Below are positions 1-9,023 of a stretch of 64,000 bases of DNA, piece after piece. Below the pieces are notes generated by a model, which had not been told where the DNA came from, did no database searches, and worked only from the letters and a program-made list of their open reading frames with translations. Within the stretch, counting starts at the first letter, position 1, and each line of letters starts with the position of its first letter. The DNA lies in the NCBI GenBank assembly GCA_040374745.1, contig JBEITT010000014.1, positions 4,680 through 68,679 on the forward strand, read 5' to 3'. The translations under genes were made by a program, and so were the position numbers. This DNA is from Planctomycetaceae bacterium. GTDB lineage: Bacteria; Planctomycetota; Planctomycetia; Isosphaerales; Isosphaeraceae.

Positions 1-9
1 TACAGGTTA

Positions 10-1368
10 TTGAATCATCCCGGTTCTGTCGGTAGCTCAAAAAGGGCTTGTGTGATGCGCACGGATCATCAGGTCGATCAGGAACTTAAGGTGGCGGCCG
101 AGGCTGCGAAAAGGCAGGCTTTGCTGGATGAGCTGATGACACAGTTCAGCCCGAAAGGCCCTTCTGAAACGATTCTTGTGCATGATCTTGCAAGTGTCAG
201 GTATTCGCTGATTGACGCTGATTCACGACGCACATCGCTTCTGGATTCACTGCGAATATATGCCGAAAGTCTTTTTGAAGAGCGACAGGACGCCTGTTTT
301 CACAAGGAATTTACTGCCTGGCAAAAGTCGCCGGTCACACACAGGCAGGTCATTCTCTGCAGATCCGCTGGTGTCGAAATGCTGAGGGACCTTTGGCTCG
401 GCATCATTCGCTATAATACTGAAAACACGACCCTTGGTGAGCCCTGGGTTCTCTTCTGGCTTCTGCCGCAGCTAGGTGGCAGTCTCAATCCATTTCAGGC
501 CAATGAAGACGGGCAGGAACTCGTCAATTGTTTCTTAAGCATATTTGCTGACACAACCGAATTTCTTGAACATTGGAAGCAAATCGCTCCTGCCGATTCG
601 TACCAGGCTATGAAAAAATGGTGTGAAACATGCAAATTCAGCAAATATCAGACTCTCAAGCGAGTTGGTGAAATCTGCAATCGCGAAATAAGTGCCCTCG
701 ATAAACGCCTTGAATTGCTTCAGGAAGCTGAAGAGACTGCCAGAAAACAGTACACTCACAGTTACAGGGCATCAGGCGAATACAACGAAAGCCTGCGAAA
801 CCTCAATGCCGATCGAAAGGTGCTGCAGCAGCATCACGACCAGACCCTGCGCATGCTGACCCAGATACAGGACCGACGCTTGCGGGAAATAGCAAGAAAA
901 GCAGAGCGATTTACAGCTAAACAAATAAAATCAATGGATAGTAATCAGGATAATGACGGGAAATCTCAAATACAGGAATGCAGGCCGGATATTATCCGGT
1001 TTGAACGCAAACCCGAGCAATCAGCAATTTTCCGGCACGACGTACTGATGCCAAAAACTGCCGACGCCACCAAAATGCCGGTGTTGGCCAAGGTCATTGA
1101 AAATGCCAGTGAACCACTTCTGTCAGATGACGATCTTGTTGAGCTGGAAATCAATCTTTCCCGCGATGAAATCCGCGAAGTCTCTCATGTTCATGCAGCA
1201 CAGTTGATCAGACTTTGGGAAGATCACGATTTTGATTCTGACATGGACCGGTTCACAACAGTCTTCGGCAATCTCGTCAATAAAGACGACCAGAATGCTA
1301 TCCGTGAACTCTTTGCCGAGGAACGGAACCGGCGACATGAGAAAAACAAACTGCTACAAGTCGCCTGA
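10..1368 (+). CDS. hypothetical protein, no family recognised
   Basis: 452-codon open frame (TTG at 10; first in-frame ATG at 55). Charged, helix-rich sequence with no catalytic or binding motif I can name. Confidence 0.45.
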   Translation: MNHPGSVGSSKRACVMRTDHQVDQELKVAAEAAKRQALLDELMTQFSPKGPSETILVHDLASVRYSLIDADSRRTSLLDSLRIYAESLFEERQDACFHKEFTAWQKSPVTHRQVILCRSAGVEMLRDLWLGIIRYNTENTTLGEPWVLFWLLPQLGGSLNPFQANEDGQELVNCFLSIFADTTEFLEHWKQIAPADSYQAMKKWCETCKFSKYQTLKRVGEICNREISALDKRLELLQEAEETARKQYTHSYRASGEYNESLRNLNADRKVLQQHHDQTLRMLTQIQDRRLREIARKAERFTAKQIKSMDSNQDNDGKSQIQECRPDIIRFERKPEQSAIFRHDVLMPKTADATKMPVLAKVIENASEPLLSDDDLVELEINLSRDEIREVSHVHAAQLIRLWEDHDFDSDMDRFTTVFGNLVNKDDQNAIRELFAEERNRRHEKNKLLQVA

Positions 1369-1684
1369 TGCCTGAACTCACCTGGCTGTAGAAAACACTC
1401 AAAAATCTGATGACCCGCCCGATGCCACACCCGCAGTATCGGCGGATAATCGTGTTTTTTTCGAATTCCGTTTCAGTTTTCAGGGCTTTTCGGCCCGGTT
1501 TTTCAGTGATAATTGAAGACTGTCTTTTTTTCATTCATCCGGGCATCGGTCTGCTTTATTTCAACCCCTGCTGAATACTGAAAACCCCACTTTATTGAAA
1601 CGGTCTAAATTCAAACCAGAGAACATTTCTGTTTCAGATCCGTTGCTTTTTCCTTGCCCTGAATTTACTGTCCAAATGCCGATA

Positions 1685-1693
1685 TGTTATAAT
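1685..1693 (+). promoter_or_regulatory. extended -10-like element TGTTATAAT upstream of the 1761 ORF
   Basis: Exact TGnTATAAT string read at 1685-1693, about 70 nt upstream of the GTG/ATG start at 1761/1767. The -35 region (TTACTG, 17-nt spacer) is weak. Confidence 0.3.
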
Positions 1694-1760
1694 CCCATTA
1701 GAATCACCAAACGACATGATCGTCTCCTGGCTGATCCTTCGCCGATGTTGAACCGGGCTT

Positions 1761-2255
1761 GTGCAAATGGAAACCGAACCAAAGCCGACTCTGATGGATT
1801 TTCTCGCCAAATATGCTGTGATTGGCGAGACAATTGCAATTTTTGTAGCGGTCATTTCAATCTGGATTCAGTGGTCGCAGGAAAATGAACTTGCCAGAGC
1901 CGAAAATGTGCGTGCACTGGTTGAACAGGCTGCTGAATTTCAATTTACCATCATCAATTCCGACGATCTCACCGATGTCTGGTTTAATTACGGCAAAAAG
2001 CCGGATATGACACCAACCCAGCGATTTCAATATCGATCAATGCTCAGCCAATGGCTGATCATTCACGAGAATATTTATTTTCAGAACCAGATCGGCCTGT
2101 TCGACGAAACTTTATACCGATCGTGGGATGCTGATCTTCGGCTCAATCTGAACAGGCATGACCTGGCTGCCCTGGGAATGACACTCGACAAAATGTTTCC
2201 CACTGAATTTGGCAGACATTGTGTTGAAATCTTGAATGGTGAAACAATCAAATGA
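1761..2255 (+). CDS. small membrane-anchored hypothetical protein
   Basis: 164-codon ORF. Hydrophobic N-terminal segment (YAVIGETIAIFVAVISIWIQW) followed by a soluble helical domain. No family confidently recognised. Confidence 0.5.
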   Translation: MQMETEPKPTLMDFLAKYAVIGETIAIFVAVISIWIQWSQENELARAENVRALVEQAAEFQFTIINSDDLTDVWFNYGKKPDMTPTQRFQYRSMLSQWLIIHENIYFQNQIGLFDETLYRSWDADLRLNLNRHDLAALGMTLDKMFPTEFGRHCVEILNGETIK

Positions 2256-2400
2256 CAAACGTCGATTTTATTATGGACTAGCTAATGCACAGGCGAGTTT
2301 CTCTGCCAGGGCCACTGGTAAATCCGCGAGTGTTTCGGTATCATCCGCATGAGAAAAAGAACCTGGTCAGGACGCAATAACGGACGGGAACGGGGCGGGC

Positions 2401-3801
2401 ATGAACGGTTCAGACGGAAGCGGCAAGGCATGGGGCGGGCGTTTTCACGGCGGCACCGATAAGCGGGTCGAAGCCTTCAGTGAAAGTATTTCATACGACC
2501 GCCGGCTGTTTCATCACGACATCACCGGCTCGATTGCTCATGCCAAAATGCTTTCGACTGTGGGCGTTATGACAGCCGACGAGGCATCTGCCATAGAAAA
2601 GGCACTGCGAGAGATAGAAGCCGAAATTGAGGCAGGCCGTTTTGAATATTCGCTGGCCAAAGAAGATATTCATATGCATGTGGAGTCGGCTCTGATCGCC
2701 AGGCTGGGCGACACAGGCCGCAAGCTGCATACCGGCCGCAGCCGCAACGACCAGGTGGCGACCGACTCCAAGCTGTGGACACGTGATGCCCTTGACCGGG
2801 TGGATGGCCTGGTGGCAGGCTGGATGGCCGCCATGGTGCGGGCCGGGCGGCGACACCAGAACGCGGTGATTCCTGGTTATACACACCTGCAGCGGGCACA
2901 GCCCATACTGGCCGGGCACTATTTTCTGGCCTATGTGGAAAAATGCAATCGCGACCGGAGCAGGCTGGCCGACTGTCGTAAAAGGCTTAATGAATCGCCT
3001 TTGGGTGCGGCCGCCCTTGCGGGCACCAGTCTGCCGATTGATCGCGAAATGACGTCCAGAAGCCTCGGTTTTGACCGGCCCGCTGCCAACAGTCTGGACG
3101 TTTCAAGCGACCGCGACTGGGCGATTGAAAGCGTTTTTGTGCTGACGATGATTCAGCTGCATCTGTCGAACTGGGCTGAGGAGTGGATTCTCTGGACCAC
3201 GGCAGAATACGGCTTTTTATCGCTGCCCGATGAATACTGTACCGGTTCATCGATCATGCCGCAGAAGAAGAACCCTGACGTGCTGGAACTGACTCGTGGA
3301 CGGGCGGCCCGTGTTGTGGGAGACCTGACGACACTGATTACACTTGTCAAGGCACTGCCGCTGGCCTATAACCGCGACCTGCAGGAAGATAAAGAACCGC
3401 TTTTCGATGCCTTTGACACGGTAGAGGCCTGCCTGGCACTCGCAGCCCTGATCACCGATGGGGCGAGACTGCGTGAAGACAAGATTCGGGGCCGGATTGA
3501 CGAAGGTTTTCTTGATGCCACCGCACTCATGGAGGCTCTGATCAAGCGGAGAATTCCGCAGCGATCTGCCCACGAACTGGTGGGTCGGCTGGTTGGCCTT
3601 TGCGAGAAAAAAGGTTGCCGTCTGGCGGATTTGTCAGAGACAGATCTGAAGACAGTTGACACACGTCTGGATGGTTCGCTGCGAGACGAATTGGGCGTGG
3701 ATCATGCCGTGGCGGGCTATCAGAGTTTTGGTTCCAGTGCACCGGGCGAAGTAGAACGACGATTGTCGCACTGGGAAGCGACATTGGGGCTGAAAAAATG
3801 A
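2401..3801 (+). CDS. argH: argininosuccinate lyase
   Basis: N-terminus [26 protein letters not shown], fumarate-lyase signature [12 protein letters not shown], and a typical 466-aa length. Confidence 0.95.
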   Translation: MNGSDGSGKAWGGRFHGGTDKRVEAFSESISYDRRLFHHDITGSIAHAKMLSTVGVMTADEASAIEKALREIEAEIEAGRFEYSLAKEDIHMHVESALIARLGDTGRKLHTGRSRNDQVATDSKLWTRDALDRVDGLVAGWMAAMVRAGRRHQNAVIPGYTHLQRAQPILAGHYFLAYVEKCNRDRSRLADCRKRLNESPLGAAALAGTSLPIDREMTSRSLGFDRPAANSLDVSSDRDWAIESVFVLTMIQLHLSNWAEEWILWTTAEYGFLSLPDEYCTGSSIMPQKKNPDVLELTRGRAARVVGDLTTLITLVKALPLAYNRDLQEDKEPLFDAFDTVEACLALAALITDGARLREDKIRGRIDEGFLDATALMEALIKRRIPQRSAHELVGRLVGLCEKKGCRLADLSETDLKTVDTRLDGSLRDELGVDHAVAGYQSFGSSAPGEVERRLSHWEATLGLKK

Positions 3802-3835
3802 AATGGCATGATGCAGTTTCATTAAATACTCAAAA

Positions 3836-4828
3836 TTGTCGAAATGGCAGGGATGTGACATTGTGCGGGTATTGATCACAGGCATCACTGGGTTCGTGGG
3901 GCAGCACCTCACTCGCCATCTGGCAGCAAGTGGCGATGTGATCTGGGGCTTGTCAAACTCAGGCCAGTGGCCGGAAGAATACAGGGCCGAGCTTTCGCGG
4001 CTGGCCCGTGTTGACAGCATGGATCTGGCCGATTCAGACTGCATGGAGACACTTGTCGAAATGCTTGATCGCCGCCAGCCCGAAGCGATTTATCATCTGG
4101 CGGCACAATCAAACCCGCAGGCCAGCATGGACGACCCCCGGGGTAGTTGGGCAGTCAACCTGGGCGGAACATTGAATCTGCTGGAATCGGTACGGGAATC
4201 AAGTGTTAAACCGCGAGTGCTGGTGGTCAGTTCGGGCGTGGTTTATGGCAACCCGGCACCAGACCGTATTCCTGTGCGGGAAGACTGCCCTGAAATGCCG
4301 ATTAATCCCTATTCAGCCTCAAAGGTTGCGGCCGATATGCATGCCCTGCAGGCGCACCTTGGTTATGGGCTTAATACAATTATTGCACGACCGTTTAATC
4401 ATGCCGGGCCGGGTCAGTCGCCTCGCTATGTGCTGGCCAATCTGGCCCAGCAGGCGGCTGAAATTGTGTCTGGCAAAAAGCCGGCCATGCAGACGGGTAA
4501 CCTGGAAATTGTCAGAGACTTTACGGACGTCAGGGATATTGTCAGAGGTTACAGGCTCCTTATTGAAAAAGGCCGGACCGGCGAGATATATCACCTGGCG
4601 CAGGGGCGGGGAACGCGGCTGTTTGACTCACTGGTAGTTCTCAGAAAAATCACTGGCCATGCACTGCCACAGGAAGTGGATACCTCACGCCTGCGAGGGG
4701 CTGACTTGCAATTGCTGGTGGCCGATGTTTCTAAAATCTGGGCCGACACAGGCTGGCATGCGGAAATACCTCTGGAAACCACAATGAAAGACCTGTTTGA
4801 AGGCTTTCTGAAAGCATTATCAAAATAA
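3836..4828 (+). CDS. NAD-dependent epimerase/dehydratase family protein (GDP-sugar dehydratase/reductase-like)
   Basis: Rossmann motif ITGITGFVGQHL and YxxxK motif YSASK. TTG start at 3836; an alternative GTG at 3863 would give the usual VRVLITG N-terminus. Confidence 0.85.
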   Translation: MSKWQGCDIVRVLITGITGFVGQHLTRHLAASGDVIWGLSNSGQWPEEYRAELSRLARVDSMDLADSDCMETLVEMLDRRQPEAIYHLAAQSNPQASMDDPRGSWAVNLGGTLNLLESVRESSVKPRVLVVSSGVVYGNPAPDRIPVREDCPEMPINPYSASKVAADMHALQAHLGYGLNTIIARPFNHAGPGQSPRYVLANLAQQAAEIVSGKKPAMQTGNLEIVRDFTDVRDIVRGYRLLIEKGRTGEIYHLAQGRGTRLFDSLVVLRKITGHALPQEVDTSRLRGADLQLLVADVSKIWADTGWHAEIPLETTMKDLFEGFLKALSK

Positions 4829-4839
4829 TAAACATTATA

Positions 4840-6378
4840 TTATTTCAACTGCAATCGTGGGTCGCCAAGGTCAAGTTTATAAAGTATTTGATTATAGTCA
4901 TAGCGAGGCGTTGGGTTTTCATTACCTGAGAATGTAGCCGTGTATGTCCCTTCCAGATAAATGATCCGGCCATCGGCTGAATCAAGCTCGGGATGATGGG
5001 CAACATTATAAAAGCTGTATTTTTCATGTGTCATAATCTTAACGGCTTTTTGCCAGGGACCGGTCAGATTGTCAGACTCAGAAAACCAGATTTCACCGAG
5101 TAGAGAAGGCTTTCCAAAGATTTGACCAAAGATCATGACCCATTTCTGCCGATAATCGTTCCATGCCAGAGTGCCACGGGCTGTAGTAATTGTTTCACCC
5201 GACGGAGATTTCAATTGAATCGGACATTCTTCGAGCTTGAGAAGGCCTTTTTTAATGAGAGATTCCTGCAGCTTTTCATTCCAGTGAATGGCCTTTTTCT
5301 GCCAGGTGAATTGCAATCGACCTGATGAGTCTCTCTGAATTTGTGGATGATCAGGATTTGACTCGGGTTTCAAACAGGTGTAGATTTCATAATCATTCGG
5401 ATTACAATAACTTTCAAATAAGGCTTTAACTCGACAGAAGGGGAAAGGATTACAAAAATAGAGCCATTTCTGACCATTTTCTTCAACCACAAGATCATGT
5501 GCGCCATCAGGAGCGGAAATGCAATCAGGTGGATAATCGTGAACAGCTTCAAAGATTGATTTCTCATCATTCCATGCTGCGATACCGCGTCGATAGACGT
5601 CCATCGGAGGTTTGATTTTGGAAAACCAGCCGACAAGCCTTTCTTTACCATTTTTATCAGGCACGCTGGCCAGGGCTGAGAGCCATGTGGGGCCATCGCC
5701 TGGCATCCGACAGGATTCCGAGGCGAAGCCAGTCTCTTTATTCGTGAAATATTGTAATGGAATTGTATTTTCCGGGTCCCATGTTTGTGGTCCGGGAACT
5801 GAAGTGCGGGCGGATGGCATATGAAAATTGCCCAGGGGATAGGCCATCCGATTCGTGTCGCCCCACATCCAGTGCAATTCGTTTTTATAACGGGTCATCT
5901 GTACGGAATCCTGACCGGTGACTCTGGCAGTTGTCAGGGCGAGTGGATCATCAGCCCGAACCAGCCCAGCGAGCTGACTTTCCGCAAGTCGACCAGCGCC
6001 GGTGATACGAAAAAGTCGCTCAGCAATCTGGGTTCGTTTGATTTGTAGCTCAGCAGTCTTCCCAGGCTCTACTTTCAATCTTTTTCCCGCGAAGCCGAAG
6101 CCATCTTTGGCAAATTCATAGCCGTGCGATTTCAATTGAAAAAAGACTTCCTCTCCCTGTAATTCAGGCTCTGTCCAGGCCGAAACGCCAGCGTTGTCGG
6201 TATATCTGACAAATTGGTGAACCGTTGATATCTGAACAAGGGGTACGGGGCGACGTGTCTCGGAGTCGATGACTCTAATAACAAAAGGTTTGGCTTGTTC
6301 TGTTGCGGAGATACCAATCGAAGGCAATTGCAACCCACTCAGGCAGATTGCAACTGTCATTGATCTTAAAATTGACAT
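4840..6378 (-). CDS. secreted hypothetical protein (signal peptide, N-terminal beta-sandwich-like segment)
   Basis: 512-codon ORF with signal-like N-terminus MSILRSMTVAICLSGLQLPSIGISA. Visibly lower GC than its neighbours. Stop of the upstream gene lies 4 nt away (operon-like). Function not recognised. Confidence 0.6.
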   Translation of the reverse strand: MSILRSMTVAICLSGLQLPSIGISATEQAKPFVIRVIDSETRRPVPLVQISTVHQFVRYTDNAGVSAWTEPELQGEEVFFQLKSHGYEFAKDGFGFAGKRLKVEPGKTAELQIKRTQIAERLFRITGAGRLAESQLAGLVRADDPLALTTARVTGQDSVQMTRYKNELHWMWGDTNRMAYPLGNFHMPSARTSVPGPQTWDPENTIPLQYFTNKETGFASESCRMPGDGPTWLSALASVPDKNGKERLVGWFSKIKPPMDVYRRGIAAWNDEKSIFEAVHDYPPDCISAPDGAHDLVVEENGQKWLYFCNPFPFCRVKALFESYCNPNDYEIYTCLKPESNPDHPQIQRDSSGRLQFTWQKKAIHWNEKLQESLIKKGLLKLEECPIQLKSPSGETITTARGTLAWNDYRQKWVMIFGQIFGKPSLLGEIWFSESDNLTGPWQKAVKIMTHEKYSFYNVAHHPELDSADGRIIYLEGTYTATFSGNENPTPRYDYNQILYKLDLGDPRLQLK

Positions 6379-6382
6379 GGGA

Positions 6383-8821
6383 TTATTCGCCGTTCAGCAG
6401 CCAGGATGCAATTTCTGCATCGGTCGGTCGGCCTTTACTGCCATCAAGTCGAAGCTGGGAATCTACACCTTCAAAGCGATAAATATCACTGATTTTCTGG
6501 GTGTCGAGTGAGCGGGATGGAGCCGAGATCCAGAGAGGCCCGGGAGCGGCCAGCGAAGCGGCACCCTGAAGACCGCCTGCCTGGGCCCAACCTGCGAATT
6601 TCAAACCGGCTGGAATGTAGCCGCCAAGTTTCTGGTCGTCCCAGCCTTCAAGCGAGATGAATGTCCGACCAATGTTTTTTACCAGTGGTCGCAGCCAGAG
6701 AGCCAGCGACCCACCACCATGCTGTGCAGCGATGTGAACCAGACGGGTGTCGGGGCGGCTCTGTGCAAATGCAATCACGCCTGCAAGATCCTGTGCATGA
6801 TCATGGGCTATCGAAGGGTTATAACATTCAAAATGAGCGGTTGCAGGGCGGGTGGTTGCAGACGAAACTGGTTCGAAATTTGATCCGACAAAAATTGGAT
6901 CAAATGCAATGACCGATGCACCGGATTTAAGAATCTCGCTGGCCAGTGGTTTGATTTCGCCGCTGGAGCCGATCAGCCCCGAAATCCCGCCGGAAGCATA
7001 ATAAACCACACTCACGCCGTTGAAGCGATCTGGGCGAAGTTCGACAACTGGAATATTGTCATTTTTGCCATTGCGGCCAATGTGAAATTTTATGATTTGA
7101 ATATTGGGGCCGAAGAGGTCAGTTGTTACTCTTGTCGATTTCAATTCGCCAGCCGTGGGGAAAGTGGCACCTGCACGCACGGTGTGAATGGTTCTGAGTG
7201 CATCCCGGCTCGCCTGCCATTCGGAAGCAGTGGTAGGTGAAAGCCATTTTTCAAGTTGGCGTTTCTGGATGGCGATCAGGTCTTTTTCCAGGGCTTCTGG
7301 CGATTTCATTTCGCGGGCGATACGGTCGTCTTCTTTGGTTGTAAGCAAGGTGTCGGCGGATTCAATTGTCAATTCAGGCTCGCGCAGGGCGGGCGAATCC
7401 TCACGGTTCTGAAGCCATCGGGCAAAGAAGGGATATACGGCGTTTCGCGAAATGCGATTGTAATTGTGGTCGAAATTGAAAATGGTTGCGGTGACAAGGT
7501 CGGATCGGCCATAAAGACCATAGACTTTGGCAAGGGCTGGATAAACAGACGTCATGGTGTTACTTGTCCAGTCGCCGGTGGCACCAACAAGCCTCATTGG
7601 TTTTGGTGCATGAATGGCCCCGATTTCAACGTTGTCTGTAAACAGTCGCATGCCGGCGGTATTTTCGCAGACGCAGCCACCCTGAAAGTTCTCGGAAATC
7701 ATGACGACGGGGGCTGCGGCGGCAATGCGATCATCAACGCCCGTCAGTAGAAATGTCTGGGTGCCGCCGCCTGATTCACCGGTGCAGCCGATGCGGGTGG
7801 CGTCAACGTCTGGCAGGCTTTCCAGCCAGTCGAGGGCACGAATGGAATTGAAAGTCTGGAATCCGACAAGATTCAGACCCCAGCGATTTAAATTATCATT
7901 GGAAAATTCATGCTTGAAAGGCTTGGAATCGTTGTAGCCGACCATATCATGCATAAATACAATGAAGCCGAGTTTGGCCAGGCGAATACAGCGGGCCTGC
8001 ACGGCTTCGTTCATGCGGCCATCAGCATAGTGGCCGTGGGGCGATAGAATGGCCGGTAGCTTGCCTTTTACATTTTTTGGTTTGTAGAGATTTCCGCAGA
8101 GATGAAAGCCCGGGACGGTTTCAAGGGCGACTTTTTCAATCGTGTAATCGCCGCGGTCGATTTTGCCGATAACCTTGGGGTGAAGAGGTGTTTTGGGCCA
8201 CATGGGCCAGATGCCAAGGGTAACGAGCAGTTGCTCGCGGAGGGCACGACGGCGGTTCTGCCACTCGACAAGAGTCGATGGTGGAATGAAATTGGCGCCT
8301 TCACGATTGGTGCGGATGGTGGTGCGGCGGGCGTCGGGTGCAATTTCAAAGCCACTCACGAGCTTTCTAAGTTGATCGGCAGCGGCAGGCGTGGCAGAAG
8401 TTGAAATCAGGAGCCAGTTAGGAGCCTGCGATTTCATTTCCGGTTTCTTCTCGGTTCCTCGGTTGATTTTCTTGCCGGAGACCTTGTATTCTCGGCCTGG
8501 AACGGCCTTTAATTCGCCGATGGAAATGAAATTCCATTTGTCAACCTTGTTGGTGGCCGGGCCAGTGGCTTCCAGCTCAATTTCATGGTCTTTCAGGCCG
8601 GCCTTCCAGCCACGACCGGAAAGGTCGATGGCGAAGAGATAAACGGGCTGATCTTTGCCGACAGAGCCGGAGGGTAAGGTGAATCGGGCTTCATTTTCAA
8701 CGATTGAGAAGCCCGTCAAAATGGCGGAATGGGCAGTTTCGTTTTTTTCCTGTGCTGCCATAGGCAATGACAAAACCATTGCAGAGAGGCAGGCAAGGGT
8801 GATTTGGGCGAGGCGTCTCAT
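6383..8821 (-). CDS. secreted alpha/beta hydrolase (acetyl-xylan-esterase / dienelactone-hydrolase-like)
   Basis: Nucleophile elbow GCTGESGGG. Signal peptide MRRLAQITLACLSAMVLSLPMAAQ begins at the internal ATG 8821; the track ORF extends to 8899 without signal logic. Confidence 0.7.
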   Translation of the reverse strand: MRRLAQITLACLSAMVLSLPMAAQEKNETAHSAILTGFSIVENEARFTLPSGSVGKDQPVYLFAIDLSGRGWKAGLKDHEIELEATGPATNKVDKWNFISIGELKAVPGREYKVSGKKINRGTEKKPEMKSQAPNWLLISTSATPAAADQLRKLVSGFEIAPDARRTTIRTNREGANFIPPSTLVEWQNRRRALREQLLVTLGIWPMWPKTPLHPKVIGKIDRGDYTIEKVALETVPGFHLCGNLYKPKNVKGKLPAILSPHGHYADGRMNEAVQARCIRLAKLGFIVFMHDMVGYNDSKPFKHEFSNDNLNRWGLNLVGFQTFNSIRALDWLESLPDVDATRIGCTGESGGGTQTFLLTGVDDRIAAAAPVVMISENFQGGCVCENTAGMRLFTDNVEIGAIHAPKPMRLVGATGDWTSNTMTSVYPALAKVYGLYGRSDLVTATIFNFDHNYNRISRNAVYPFFARWLQNREDSPALREPELTIESADTLLTTKEDDRIAREMKSPEALEKDLIAIQKRQLEKWLSPTTASEWQASRDALRTIHTVRAGATFPTAGELKSTRVTTDLFGPNIQIIKFHIGRNGKNDNIPVVELRPDRFNGVSVVYYASGGISGLIGSSGEIKPLASEILKSGASVIAFDPIFVGSNFEPVSSATTRPATAHFECYNPSIAHDHAQDLAGVIAFAQSRPDTRLVHIAAQHGGGSLALWLRPLVKNIGRTFISLEGWDDQKLGGYIPAGLKFAGWAQAGGLQGAASLAAPGPLWISAPSRSLDTQKISDIYRFEGVDSQLRLDGSKGRPTDAEIASWLLNGE

Positions 8822-9023
8822 GGTGAAAATGGATCCCAGTGGCAGCGGATGGTTTTCATTCGATCGCATGACCGGTATGATAATTGCACATTCAAGCATA
8901 TTAAGAAGATTGGGCTGTCAAGGGTAATTTTTTCTTCCTGATTTTTGGTCAGGCAGATACCCGGGCCGCCACTTCGCCACCCCTTTTGCCCTTCACCATG
9001 CCGTGCCGGGAGTGCCATCATCC

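Noticed and set aside
1595-1888. 97-codon ORF overlapping the start of the 1761-2255 gene
   Set aside because: Cys/Arg-rich, with no features. It overlaps the better-supported membrane-anchored ORF and spans the promoter-like element.
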